Positions 17,563 through 25,162 of a DNA stretch of 41,974 bases are shown here, piece by piece. The position numbers were made by a program, and so were the translations under genes. How positions within the stretch are numbered: the first letter of the stretch is position 1; every line of letters starts with the position of its first letter. Source of the stretch: Candidatus Udaeobacter sp. (lineage in GTDB: Bacteria; Verrucomicrobiota; Verrucomicrobiia; Chthoniobacterales; UBA10450); assembly GCA_036502745.1 (NCBI GenBank), contig DASXYB010000048.1:1-41974 (forward strand). Direction: 5' to 3'. The notes beneath the pieces are model-generated. The model searched no databases. It was given only the letters and a program-made list of their open reading frames with translations, and was not told where the DNA came from.

Positions 17563-17928
17563 ATGAGCGCGGAGCCACTTGCAGCAGAAGTGGTCGTGCC
17601 TCGATCTCCCGGAGTTCCGCGTCCAAAGAGTGCGGGGCCGTCCACTACCGGTGCGCCGACGATTGAAGAAGAAACGCGTGGAGAAGAGGCGCTCGATCTG
17701 CCGTGGCAGGTGGTGGTTCACAACGACCCGGTAAATTTGATGAGCTATGTAACGATGGTTTTTCAGCGTGTCTTCGGTTATCCGCGCGACAAAGCGGAGA
17801 GGCACATGTTGGAAGTGCATCAAAAAGGACGTTCGATTTTATGGAGCGGCATGCGGGAGCGAGCCGAACTTTATGTGCAACAGCTGCACGGTTACCTTCT
17901 ACTCGCCACGATTGAGAAGGTTTCGTGA
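17563..17928 (+). CDS. clpS: ATP-dependent Clp protease adaptor ClpS
   Basis: WQVVVHNDPVNLMSYVTMVFQRVFGY....AE..MLEVH.KGR is the ClpS core. Confidence 0.92.
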   Translation: MSAEPLAAEVVVPRSPGVPRPKSAGPSTTGAPTIEEETRGEEALDLPWQVVVHNDPVNLMSYVTMVFQRVFGYPRDKAERHMLEVHQKGRSILWSGMRERAELYVQQLHGYLLLATIEKVS

Positions 17929-18422
17929 TCATGGAGATTCGCCGGCGCAAGAACCAAATCGAAATCTCCGAACTTGATCCGTTTCTTGCCGAACTGCTTC
18001 GACAGATTCCCGCAAGTACCAACACGGAAGGCGTGCCGGTCGCTGAACAACGTATCTTCAGCCTCCCGATAAACGGAAAAGAGACCGAACTGTGCGCTGA
18101 GTGGAAAATGTATGTCGAACCTGAATTGCGCCGTCTATTTCAGACAGCGACCGAGACCGTTGGGTCCGATCTGGAGCAACTAAACGGAAACGAAAAAAGT
18201 CTCGCAAACCGCACTCTGCGCATTCCGGTCAAACATGGTGACGCATGGTTGAACGCGCTGAATCAAGCCCGGCTAGTCATCGCCGCAAAAAACGACTTCA
18301 CCGAGCTGGAGCTGAGCGACCATCTTCGCTCACCGATTGGATCCCGCCGCGACCTGAGCTTGTTCCAGGTAAACTTCTACGGCTTTCTGCAGGAATTCAT
18401 CCTACGCGAGCTGGACTGCTGA
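17925..18422 (+). CDS. DUF2017-like protein (ClpS-associated)
   Basis: 4-nt overlap with the clpS stop. The patterns R.F..P......E....W..YVEPELR and DAWLNALNQARLVIA resemble the DUF2017 family that neighbours clpS in Actinobacteria (from memory). Confidence 0.5.
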   Translation: MIMEIRRRKNQIEISELDPFLAELLRQIPASTNTEGVPVAEQRIFSLPINGKETELCAEWKMYVEPELRRLFQTATETVGSDLEQLNGNEKSLANRTLRIPVKHGDAWLNALNQARLVIAAKNDFTELELSDHLRSPIGSRRDLSLFQVNFYGFLQEFILRELDC

Positions 18423-18440
18423 GTAGGAGAAAGGCAGCAA

Positions 18441-18677
18441 TCAGGATTGCTTCTTGGCCTTTACCATAGCCATGAGCCGTTCCTTGATCGTATCGGACGA
18501 CTTCGCTGGGCGCAGGCTCAGCGCGAATGCTTCGTGCAACGCATAGCATTTGCTGATGAAGTCTTCGGCTTTTTTGCCGAATTTCTCCCGTGCTTGCTCG
18601 AACTCCTCGAGCTCTTCCGGGTCCAGTGCGCCGATCACGTAAAGCCGGGACTGATTTTGAAATTGCTCAAAGTTCAT
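18441..18677 (-). CDS. Small putative anti-sigma factor (78 aa, no TM segment)
   Basis: Overlaps the stop of the upstream ECF sigma gene by 11 nt. The N-terminal LYVIGALDPEELEEFE resembles the anti-sigma N-terminal motif. Confidence 0.55.
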   Translation of the reverse strand: MNFEQFQNQSRLYVIGALDPEELEEFEQAREKFGKKAEDFISKCYALHEAFALSLRPAKSSDTIKERLMAMVKAKKQS

Positions 18678-19329
18678 CTTTCAGGTCCTTGAGGCCGTCA
18701 TATATTTTTTTCAGGCCCAATTCAAGCCGCGTCTTTACGGTGCCCAGTGGTGTATTCGTTTTCGCTGCGATTTCGCGCTGGCTCATGCCTCTGAAAAATG
18801 CGAGGTCGATTGCCTGTTGCTGGGCCGGTGGCAGGCTGCTGATCACCTTGCGTATCAGCACGCGCGTATCGCCCAGCACAATTTCTTCTTCGGTGGCGTT
18901 GTGCACCCATGCGTCTGGCTGCTGTTCGGTTTCGTTTTGCAGGCGTTCCTCTGCACGCGCGTAAGCCTGTTTCTTGCGCAGGCCATCGATGGCTCGTCGT
19001 CGCGCGAGTGTCACCATCCAGCCAAGCGGTTTGCCCTTTTGCTCGGAAAAGTTTTTAGCCTGGTTCCAGATCTCCATGAAAATCTCCTGCAAGAGATCGT
19101 CGGCCTCGGCCTCGTTGTGAATGACTCGCAGGATCAGCGCTTTAAGAATGCCGTTATAGCGATCGTAGAGCTGAGAGAGCGCATCTGCATCGCCGGCTTG
19201 GATGCCCTTCATCAAGTCGAAGTCACTCGGCGCTCCGGGTTCAAGTGGCGGAGCGATGGTGTGTGCTGCCATTCGACCACGTTTCTTTGGTTTGCCTTTG
19301 GTAGAAGAAGTTAGTTCCGAAGGTTCCAT
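18667..19329 (-). CDS. ECF-type RNA polymerase sigma-70 factor
   Basis: Region 2 (ALSQLYDRY...L......H.EAEADDLLQEIFMEIW, GKPLGWMVTLARRRAID) and region 4 (LPP.QQQAIDLAFF.GMSQREIA......LGTVKTRL). Confidence 0.9.
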   Translation of the reverse strand: MEPSELTSSTKGKPKKRGRMAAHTIAPPLEPGAPSDFDLMKGIQAGDADALSQLYDRYNGILKALILRVIHNEAEADDLLQEIFMEIWNQAKNFSEQKGKPLGWMVTLARRRAIDGLRKKQAYARAEERLQNETEQQPDAWVHNATEEEIVLGDTRVLIRKVISSLPPAQQQAIDLAFFRGMSQREIAAKTNTPLGTVKTRLELGLKKIYDGLKDLKDEL

Positions 19330-19469
19330 GAGTGATAAAAACGGCCGTCAATAAAGCTCACCGAGTACTGATACGGTAATCGGGTAGGTTAAGCTCAACG
19401 AACGCATTGCTTTCGAAAGATGCAAATCGATCAATTGCGCAGCACGTTGCGTGCGTCAAGAGTTAGTCC

Positions 19470-22400
19470 ATGGCACAGCGGGATACCAATACATCTGTCG
19501 ATCCGCTTTGGTTCAAAGACGCCATCATCTACGAGCTGCACGTTAAAACTTTTTGCGACAGTGATGGCGACGGCATGGGCGACTTTCGCGGGCTCATGGA
19601 AAAACTGGATTATCTCCAGGAACTTGGCGTCACCGCGATTTGGTTGCTGCCGTTTTATCCGTCTCCGATGCGCGACGACGGCTACGACATTGCCGATTAC
19701 TTTGATGTAAATCCGAATTTTGGGACGCTCAATGATTTCCGAGCGTTTCTCGACGCTGCGCATGTTCGAAACCTGCGCGTGATCACCGAACTGGTGATCA
19801 ATCACACGTCCGATCAGAATCCGTGGTTCCAAAAATCGCGCCGTGCTGTTGCGCGCTACGGGCCTTCAGCCGCAGGCGATGAGCGCGGCAGAGCAAGAGC
19901 GAGCTTAGTCACCGATCCCGGCTACAGCGACGATGACCTCGCTTACAAAGACTTTTATGTCTGGAGCGAGACGCCGGAAAAATACAAGGACGCCCGAATC
20001 ATTTTCAAGGATTTCGAGACGTCCAACTGGGCTTGGGACCCGTTGGCGAAGGCCTACTACTGGCATCGCTTTTATTCGCATCAGCCGGACCTGAACTTCG
20101 ACAATCCAGCCGTGCACGATGCCGTGAAGAAGGTCTGCGATTTTTGGCTGTCGATGGGTGTGGACGGACTTCGGCTCGACGCGATTCCGTATCTTTATGA
20201 ACGGGAAGACACGAATTGCGAAAATCTTCCCGAGACGCACAAATATCTGCGTGAACTTCGCGCTCACATAGACGCGAAGTTCCCGAATCGCATGCTGCTT
20301 TCGGAGGCCAATCAGTGGCCAGAAGACGCGGCGGCATATTTTGGAAACGGAGACGAGGCGCACATGAATTTTCACTTCCCGCTTATGCCTCGCATGTTCA
20401 TGGCGCTCCAGATGGAGGACCGGTTTCCGATTATCGACATTATGGAGCAAACACCCGGGATCCCGGAAAATTGTCAGTGGGCAATGTTTCTACGGAACCA
20501 TGACGAGCTCACGCTAGAAATGGTCACTGACGAGGAGCGCGACTACATGTATCGAGTTTACGCGACCGATCCGCACGCGCGTATCAACCTTGGCATCCGG
20601 CGGCGGCTTGGGCCGCTGCTTGCGAATAACCGCCGAAAAATTGAGCTGCTCAACACCCTGCTGTTTTCCATGCCGGGCACACCAATCATCTACTACGGCG
20701 ACGAGATCGGCATGGGTGACAATTTTTACCTCGGCGATCGCAATGGTTGCCGTACGCCAATGCAATGGAGTCCGGACCGGAATGCGGGATTTTCAAGAGC
20801 GAATCCGCAACGGCTTTATCTGCCGGTCACTATCGATCCGGAGTATCACTACGAGGCAGTTAACGTCGAGAATCAGCAGAAAAATCTTTCGTCGCTGTTG
20901 TGGTGGACACGTCGCGTCATAGCCATGCGCAAAAATTTTAAGGCTTTCTCGCGCGGCTCCCTCGAATTTTTGAATCCAGATAATCCGAAAGTGCTGGCGT
21001 TCCTTCGCCGGTTTGAAAACGAGACGATCGTGATGGTGGCAAATCTTTCGCGCTTCTCGCAGTCGGCCGAGCTGGATCTCTCGCGTTTTGCGGGTTGCGT
21101 GCCGATGGAAGTTTTTAGCCGCAATCTATTTCGGCCGATCAGGAAAACGCACTACGTCATTACACTCGGGCCGCACGCCTACTACTGGTTCGTTCTGCAA
21201 GCGCCGATTGATGCGCGTCGCGCGTCGAAGAAATATGTTGTGCCAACCATCAAGGCGCCAGCGGAGGTGGACGTCCTGCTTGGCAACAACCAGCGAGAAC
21301 AGCTCGAGCGCGAAGTCCTTCCAAATCATATCCAGAATTCCCGCTGGTTCGGTTCCAAAGCGCGCACCTTTCGAGATTTAAAAGTCACGGAGCAGCTCGG
21401 TTTTTCTGCGGATGCCAATGGCGCGCGACTCTGGTTCATCGATGTAAATTATCTGGATGCGCCGACGGAAAGATACGCCATACCGGTGAAGATCGCCGCG
21501 GGCGAAACTGCGCACTCCATTACGCAAAACGCTTCGCAGGCGATTATGGCGCATTTCGGACGAAAGAATGGCGCCGTATTATGCGACGCTATTTGGGACG
21601 CGGCGTTTCGTTCGGAATTGTTCGACGCGATTGTGCGGTGTCGCACACTGAAAGCTCAGGGAGGACAATTTGTTGGCTTAACAACCGTGGCTTTTGAGTC
21701 GCAAGACGTTGATATTCCCGCCAACTCGCACGTCCTGAGCGCAGAGCAGAGCAACTCTTCAATGCTCTTTGACAATAAATTTTTCCTGAAACTCTATCGG
21801 AAACTCGAGGACGGTGTGAACCCTGACGTGGAAATCACGCGATTCCTGACGGAGAAAACCGATTTTCCAAACGTGCCAGCTTTTGTCGGAGCGCTCGAAT
21901 ATCGCCGGGCAAAGACGGATCCAACGGTTGTTTGTCTCCTACAACGCGCAATCGCCAATGAAGGCAACGTCTGGACGCTCACGGTCGATGCGCTCGGCCG
22001 CTATTACGAGCGGGTGCTCGAGCGCAAAGGCGATTTTCAGAGTGACACAGCGTTGCCCGGTGCTCTTCTCGAGGAACTGCTAGGCGGCGTGTATCCTGAA
22101 AAGGTCAAGCTGCTGGGGCAGCGCACCGGCGAGCTACATCTCGCACTGGCATCTCGGAGTGACGATCCGGCATTCGCGCCGGAGCCGTTCAACGCCATGG
22201 CACAGCGCTCCGTTTACCAAAGCATGCGCACATCTCTGCGCCGCGCGTTTACGTCTTTGGAAAAGAAATTGTCGGAAGTCCCTGCGAAATTCCGAAATGA
22301 AGCCCGGGAAGTACTCGCTGCGGAGAACGAGATATTGGCGCGCGAAAAACGGTTGCTCGATCGTCGAACGAACGCCGCGAAAATCCGGATCCACGGAGAC

Positions 22401-22835
22401 TATCATCTGGGGCAACTCGTTTATACCGGCAAAGACTTCGTGATTCTTGATTTTGAAGGAGAACCTGCGCGTCCTCTGAGCGACCGTAAAATGAAACGTT
22501 CCGCGCTTCGCGACGTCGCTGGCATGATGCGCTCTTTCCAATATGCTGCGTACGCTGCCCTGTGGCAGCAGGCAATGCGCAAAGAGGACGTGCCGTTCCT
22601 TGAGCGGTGGGCTGATCTCTGGTATCGCCAGACGAGCAGCATGTTTGTGCAAAGTTATCTGAAAACGACCACCGGCGCGATATTCGTCCCCCAAAACAGC
22701 GACGATCTCCAGATCGTGCTCGAAGCGTACCTGCTCGACAAAGCCGTTTACGAAGTCGGTTACGAACTAAATAATCGTCCGAGCTGGGTGCTCATTCCGA
22801 TTCGCGGTATTAAACACATTTTGCAAACGGCATGA
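19470..22835 (+). CDS. treS: Trehalose synthase (maltose alpha-D-glucosyltransferase) fused to maltokinase (TreS-Pep2)
   Basis: GH13 motifs (DGDGMGDFRG, GYDIADY, VINHTSDQ, GVDGLRLDA, FLRNHDELTLE). The C-terminal half carries kinase motifs (IHGDYHLGQLVYTGKDFVILDFEGEP). Confidence 0.92.
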   Translation: MAQRDTNTSVDPLWFKDAIIYELHVKTFCDSDGDGMGDFRGLMEKLDYLQELGVTAIWLLPFYPSPMRDDGYDIADYFDVNPNFGTLNDFRAFLDAAHVRNLRVITELVINHTSDQNPWFQKSRRAVARYGPSAAGDERGRARASLVTDPGYSDDDLAYKDFYVWSETPEKYKDARIIFKDFETSNWAWDPLAKAYYWHRFYSHQPDLNFDNPAVHDAVKKVCDFWLSMGVDGLRLDAIPYLYEREDTNCENLPETHKYLRELRAHIDAKFPNRMLLSEANQWPEDAAAYFGNGDEAHMNFHFPLMPRMFMALQMEDRFPIIDIMEQTPGIPENCQWAMFLRNHDELTLEMVTDEERDYMYRVYATDPHARINLGIRRRLGPLLANNRRKIELLNTLLFSMPGTPIIYYGDEIGMGDNFYLGDRNGCRTPMQWSPDRNAGFSRANPQRLYLPVTIDPEYHYEAVNVENQQKNLSSLLWWTRRVIAMRKNFKAFSRGSLEFLNPDNPKVLAFLRRFENETIVMVANLSRFSQSAELDLSRFAGCVPMEVFSRNLFRPIRKTHYVITLGPHAYYWFVLQAPIDARRASKKYVVPTIKAPAEVDVLLGNNQREQLEREVLPNHIQNSRWFGSKARTFRDLKVTEQLGFSADANGARLWFIDVNYLDAPTERYAIPVKIAAGETAHSITQNASQAIMAHFGRKNGAVLCDAIWDAAFRSELFDAIVRCRTLKAQGGQFVGLTTVAFESQDVDIPANSHVLSAEQSNSSMLFDNKFFLKLYRKLEDGVNPDVEITRFLTEKTDFPNVPAFVGALEYRRAKTDPTVVCLLQRAIANEGNVWTLTVDALGRYYERVLERKGDFQSDTALPGALLEELLGGVYPEKVKLLGQRTGELHLALASRSDDPAFAPEPFNAMAQRSVYQSMRTSLRRAFTSLEKKLSEVPAKFRNEAREVLAAENEILAREKRLLDRRTNAAKIRIHGDYHLGQLVYTGKDFVILDFEGEPARPLSDRKMKRSALRDVAGMMRSFQYAAYAALWQQAMRKEDVPFLERWADLWYRQTSSMFVQSYLKTTTGAIFVPQNSDDLQIVLEAYLLDKAVYEVGYELNNRPSWVLIPIRGIKHILQTA

Positions 22836-22845
22836 AAATGATCCA

Positions 22846-22909
22846 CAGATTCAGCGACATCGATTAGTAAAATCAGATTGCATAAATCTGTGTAAATCTG
22901 CGTAATCTG
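22846..22909 (+). promoter_or_regulatory. Candidate operator / iteron cluster: CAGATT (x2) and AATCTG (x3) hexamers, including the palindrome CAGATTgcataAATCTG and three units spaced about 10 bp apart
   Basis: CAGATT at 22846 and 22874; AATCTG at 22885, 22895 and 22904. The cluster lies 16-79 nt upstream of the ATG at 22925. Confidence 0.35.
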
Positions 22910-22924
22910 CGGAAGACAAAGTCT

Positions 22925-23596
22925 ATGAATCAACATCTCGACCAGATCGACAATGACATTGCAGCGAAACATCTCTTGAAACATCCGTTTTATCTCGCGT
23001 GGACACGTGGGGAACTGAGCAAAGAAGCACTCGGCGATTATGCGCGGCAGTATTATCAGCACGTCGCGGCGTTTCCCACGTATCTTTCGGCCATTCACGC
23101 AAATTGCGACAATCAATCGACGCGCAGGGAATTGCTCAACAATCTAATCGACGAGGAGGCTGGTTCACCGAATCATCCCGAGCTTTGGCTCAATTTTGCC
23201 GAAGCTCTTGGCGTCTCTGCCCGGGATGCACAAAACGCAGACAAATGCGGTGAGACAAAAAATTTGATCGATACGTTCCGATCAGGTTGCCGCGATCGAT
23301 CAACGGCAGAAGGCCTGGCCGCACTTTACGCGTACGAAAGTCAGATCCCAGCGATCTGCGAGTCCAAAATTGATGGACTGAAAAAACATTACGGCTTCGC
23401 GGATCCCAAACATTATGAATATTTCAGTGTCCATATCGAAGCCGACCGCGAACATTCTGCCGCCGAGCAAAGGCTCCTATGCCGATACGTCGGCAATGAG
23501 AATTTTGAATCCGTGCGAGCTTCTGTGAATCGCGTTCTCGACGCCCTTTGGGAAATGCTTTCCGGAGTCTGCCGTCGTCACGCGATTGCGTGCTGA
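22925..23596 (+). CDS. CADD-like (heme-oxygenase-like di-iron, TenA/PqqC superfamily) protein
   Basis: HPFYLAW..GELSKEAL..YA.QYYQHV..FP.YLS....N, LIDEE....HPELWL.FAEALG, and YFSVHIEADREH. This resembles the CADD family as I recall it. Confidence 0.7.
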   Translation: MNQHLDQIDNDIAAKHLLKHPFYLAWTRGELSKEALGDYARQYYQHVAAFPTYLSAIHANCDNQSTRRELLNNLIDEEAGSPNHPELWLNFAEALGVSARDAQNADKCGETKNLIDTFRSGCRDRSTAEGLAALYAYESQIPAICESKIDGLKKHYGFADPKHYEYFSVHIEADREHSAAEQRLLCRYVGNENFESVRASVNRVLDALWEMLSGVCRRHAIAC

Positions 23597-23626
23597 CGGA
23601 GTTGTGACACACAACCGTCGCGAAAT

Positions 23627-25162
23627 TTATCGCGGTCGCAAAACCAGGAACGACCGCACTCGATGGCGGCAGACGGATAAAACTTGCGGCTGGTTCGGAT
23701 CCAGCGCTCCGGCGATCTTTTTGTACTCCGAAACTGACGTGATGGGCTGTTGATCAATTTGTTCAATCACGTCGCCTTTCTGCAATTCTGCGATGCCGCT
23801 GTCGGGATCGACGTCGGTGACCAAGACGCCTTGTACATTCGGAGGTAGATCAAGCTGGCGCGCTCTGTCGGGAGTGAGATCGTCCACGTGAATTGGCGCC
23901 AGTGGACTGTCAACCGTTTCTTGGTCGTTAGGTTGTTGTGGGCTTTGCGCCTGCGGCTGGTTCCCGCGAGGTTGAACCCGCGCGCTTTCGTAATCAACTG
24001 GCTGCTCTTTAATCTGCGTTTTCACCGTTAACGGTTTTCCGTTGCGGACAATTTGAAGCTCTACTTGCTTATCCAACGGCGCTTGGGCAACCAATGTGCG
24101 AAGCGCCCTAAGATTCTGCACTTCGTGTCCGTCGAACTTACGTATGACATCGCCGGCCTGCAGGCCGGCCTCTTCCGCCGGCGACCCGGAGACTACTTCG
24201 CCCACAGTTACACCTGCAGTATCCGAGCCGGTCGCGCCACGCTGCAACGGCCCAGTCTGAATACCGAGATACCCGCGTATGATCCGTCCCTGCTTTAACA
24301 AGCTTTCCAGCGCCATGTGAACTGTATTCGACGGAATGGCAAAACCCAATCCCTGCGAGCCGCCCGTCGTCGAGGCGATCGCCGTGTTAATCCCAATCAC
24401 CTCTCCCCTAATATTGATCAGCGGGCCGCCACTGTTGCCCGGATTAATTGCCGCATTGGTCTGCAGCAGACCAGCGAAAGCATCGCTGCGATTGGGCCGC
24501 CCTTTGGAACTGATGATGCCGTCGGTAACGGTTTCCTCAAATCCAAGCGGATTACCAATCGCCAGAACAAAATCGCCAGGCTGTACCATGTCGGAATCCG
24601 CTAGCTTTAGCGGTTTGACACCGGGCTCATCGATCTTGAGCACAGCGAGATCCACCTGATCGTCAGCGCCCACCAGACGCGCCTTCTTGGTACGACCATC
24701 GCTCAGTTGGACTTCAATTTGGTCGACCGGACGGCCCTGTCTGTCGGTTACTACATGATTGTTGGTGATGATATGGCCCTCATTGGTCACGATGACGCCG
24801 GACCCAAGTGAATTCTGCACCAGCGCCTCGTCGCGCGGATCGCGAGATCTTCGCTGATTCGGAAAAAAGAATTCGAATGGATCAACTCCGTATTCACGCC
24901 GAATAGCAAGCTTCGTCGATGTCTTCACCGCTACGACCGATGGCACGACGCTATTCACCAGCGCACGTCGTTCTTGATTTAATGATTCAAGCGACGCGAT
25001 TTGTTTTGAATTGACCGCTGGCTCGGCCGCAAGTGTGTACTTCTCCGGAGCGCGCCCCGACGGAACTTTTAAACCGCCATGTTTGAGGCGGTAATCGTAA
25101 AGCGCCGAGATTCCTGCGCTCAGCAGCAGCACAAAAAGCAAAAATTTCGCGAGGTTTTTCAT
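23627..25162 (-). CDS. HtrA/DegP-family serine protease (trypsin domain plus two PDZ domains)
   Basis: Signal peptide; catalytic HIITNNHV, DLAVLKI and GNSGGPL; two PDZ-like segments. The ATG shares one base with the recG TAA (TAATG). Confidence 0.9.
   Translation of the reverse strand: MKNLAKFLLFVLLLSAGISALYDYRLKHGGLKVPSGRAPEKYTLAAEPAVNSKQIASLESLNQERRALVNSVVPSVVAVKTSTKLAIRREYGVDPFEFFFPNQRRSRDPRDEALVQNSLGSGVIVTNEGHIITNNHVVTDRQGRPVDQIEVQLSDGRTKKARLVGADDQVDLAVLKIDEPGVKPLKLADSDMVQPGDFVLAIGNPLGFEETVTDGIISSKGRPNRSDAFAGLLQTNAAINPGNSGGPLINIRGEVIGINTAIASTTGGSQGLGFAIPSNTVHMALESLLKQGRIIRGYLGIQTGPLQRGATGSDTAGVTVGEVVSGSPAEEAGLQAGDVIRKFDGHEVQNLRALRTLVAQAPLDKQVELQIVRNGKPLTVKTQIKEQPVDYESARVQPRGNQPQAQSPQQPNDQETVDSPLAPIHVDDLTPDRARQLDLPPNVQGVLVTDVDPDSGIAELQKGDVIEQIDQQPITSVSEYKKIAGALDPNQPQVLSVCRHRVRSFLVLRPR

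Noticed and set aside
19845-19940. The extra segment of about 30 aa in TreS (…AVARYGPSAAGDERGRARASLVTDPGYSDDDLAY…) as a second in-frame REP-like insertion
   Set aside because: On the minus strand it contains GTAGC twice and a short GCCGC/GCGGC hairpin. However, it shares no extended similarity with the 25-nt head of the recG-flanking repeats. It is probably just a lineage-specific loop and is not reportable without alignments.
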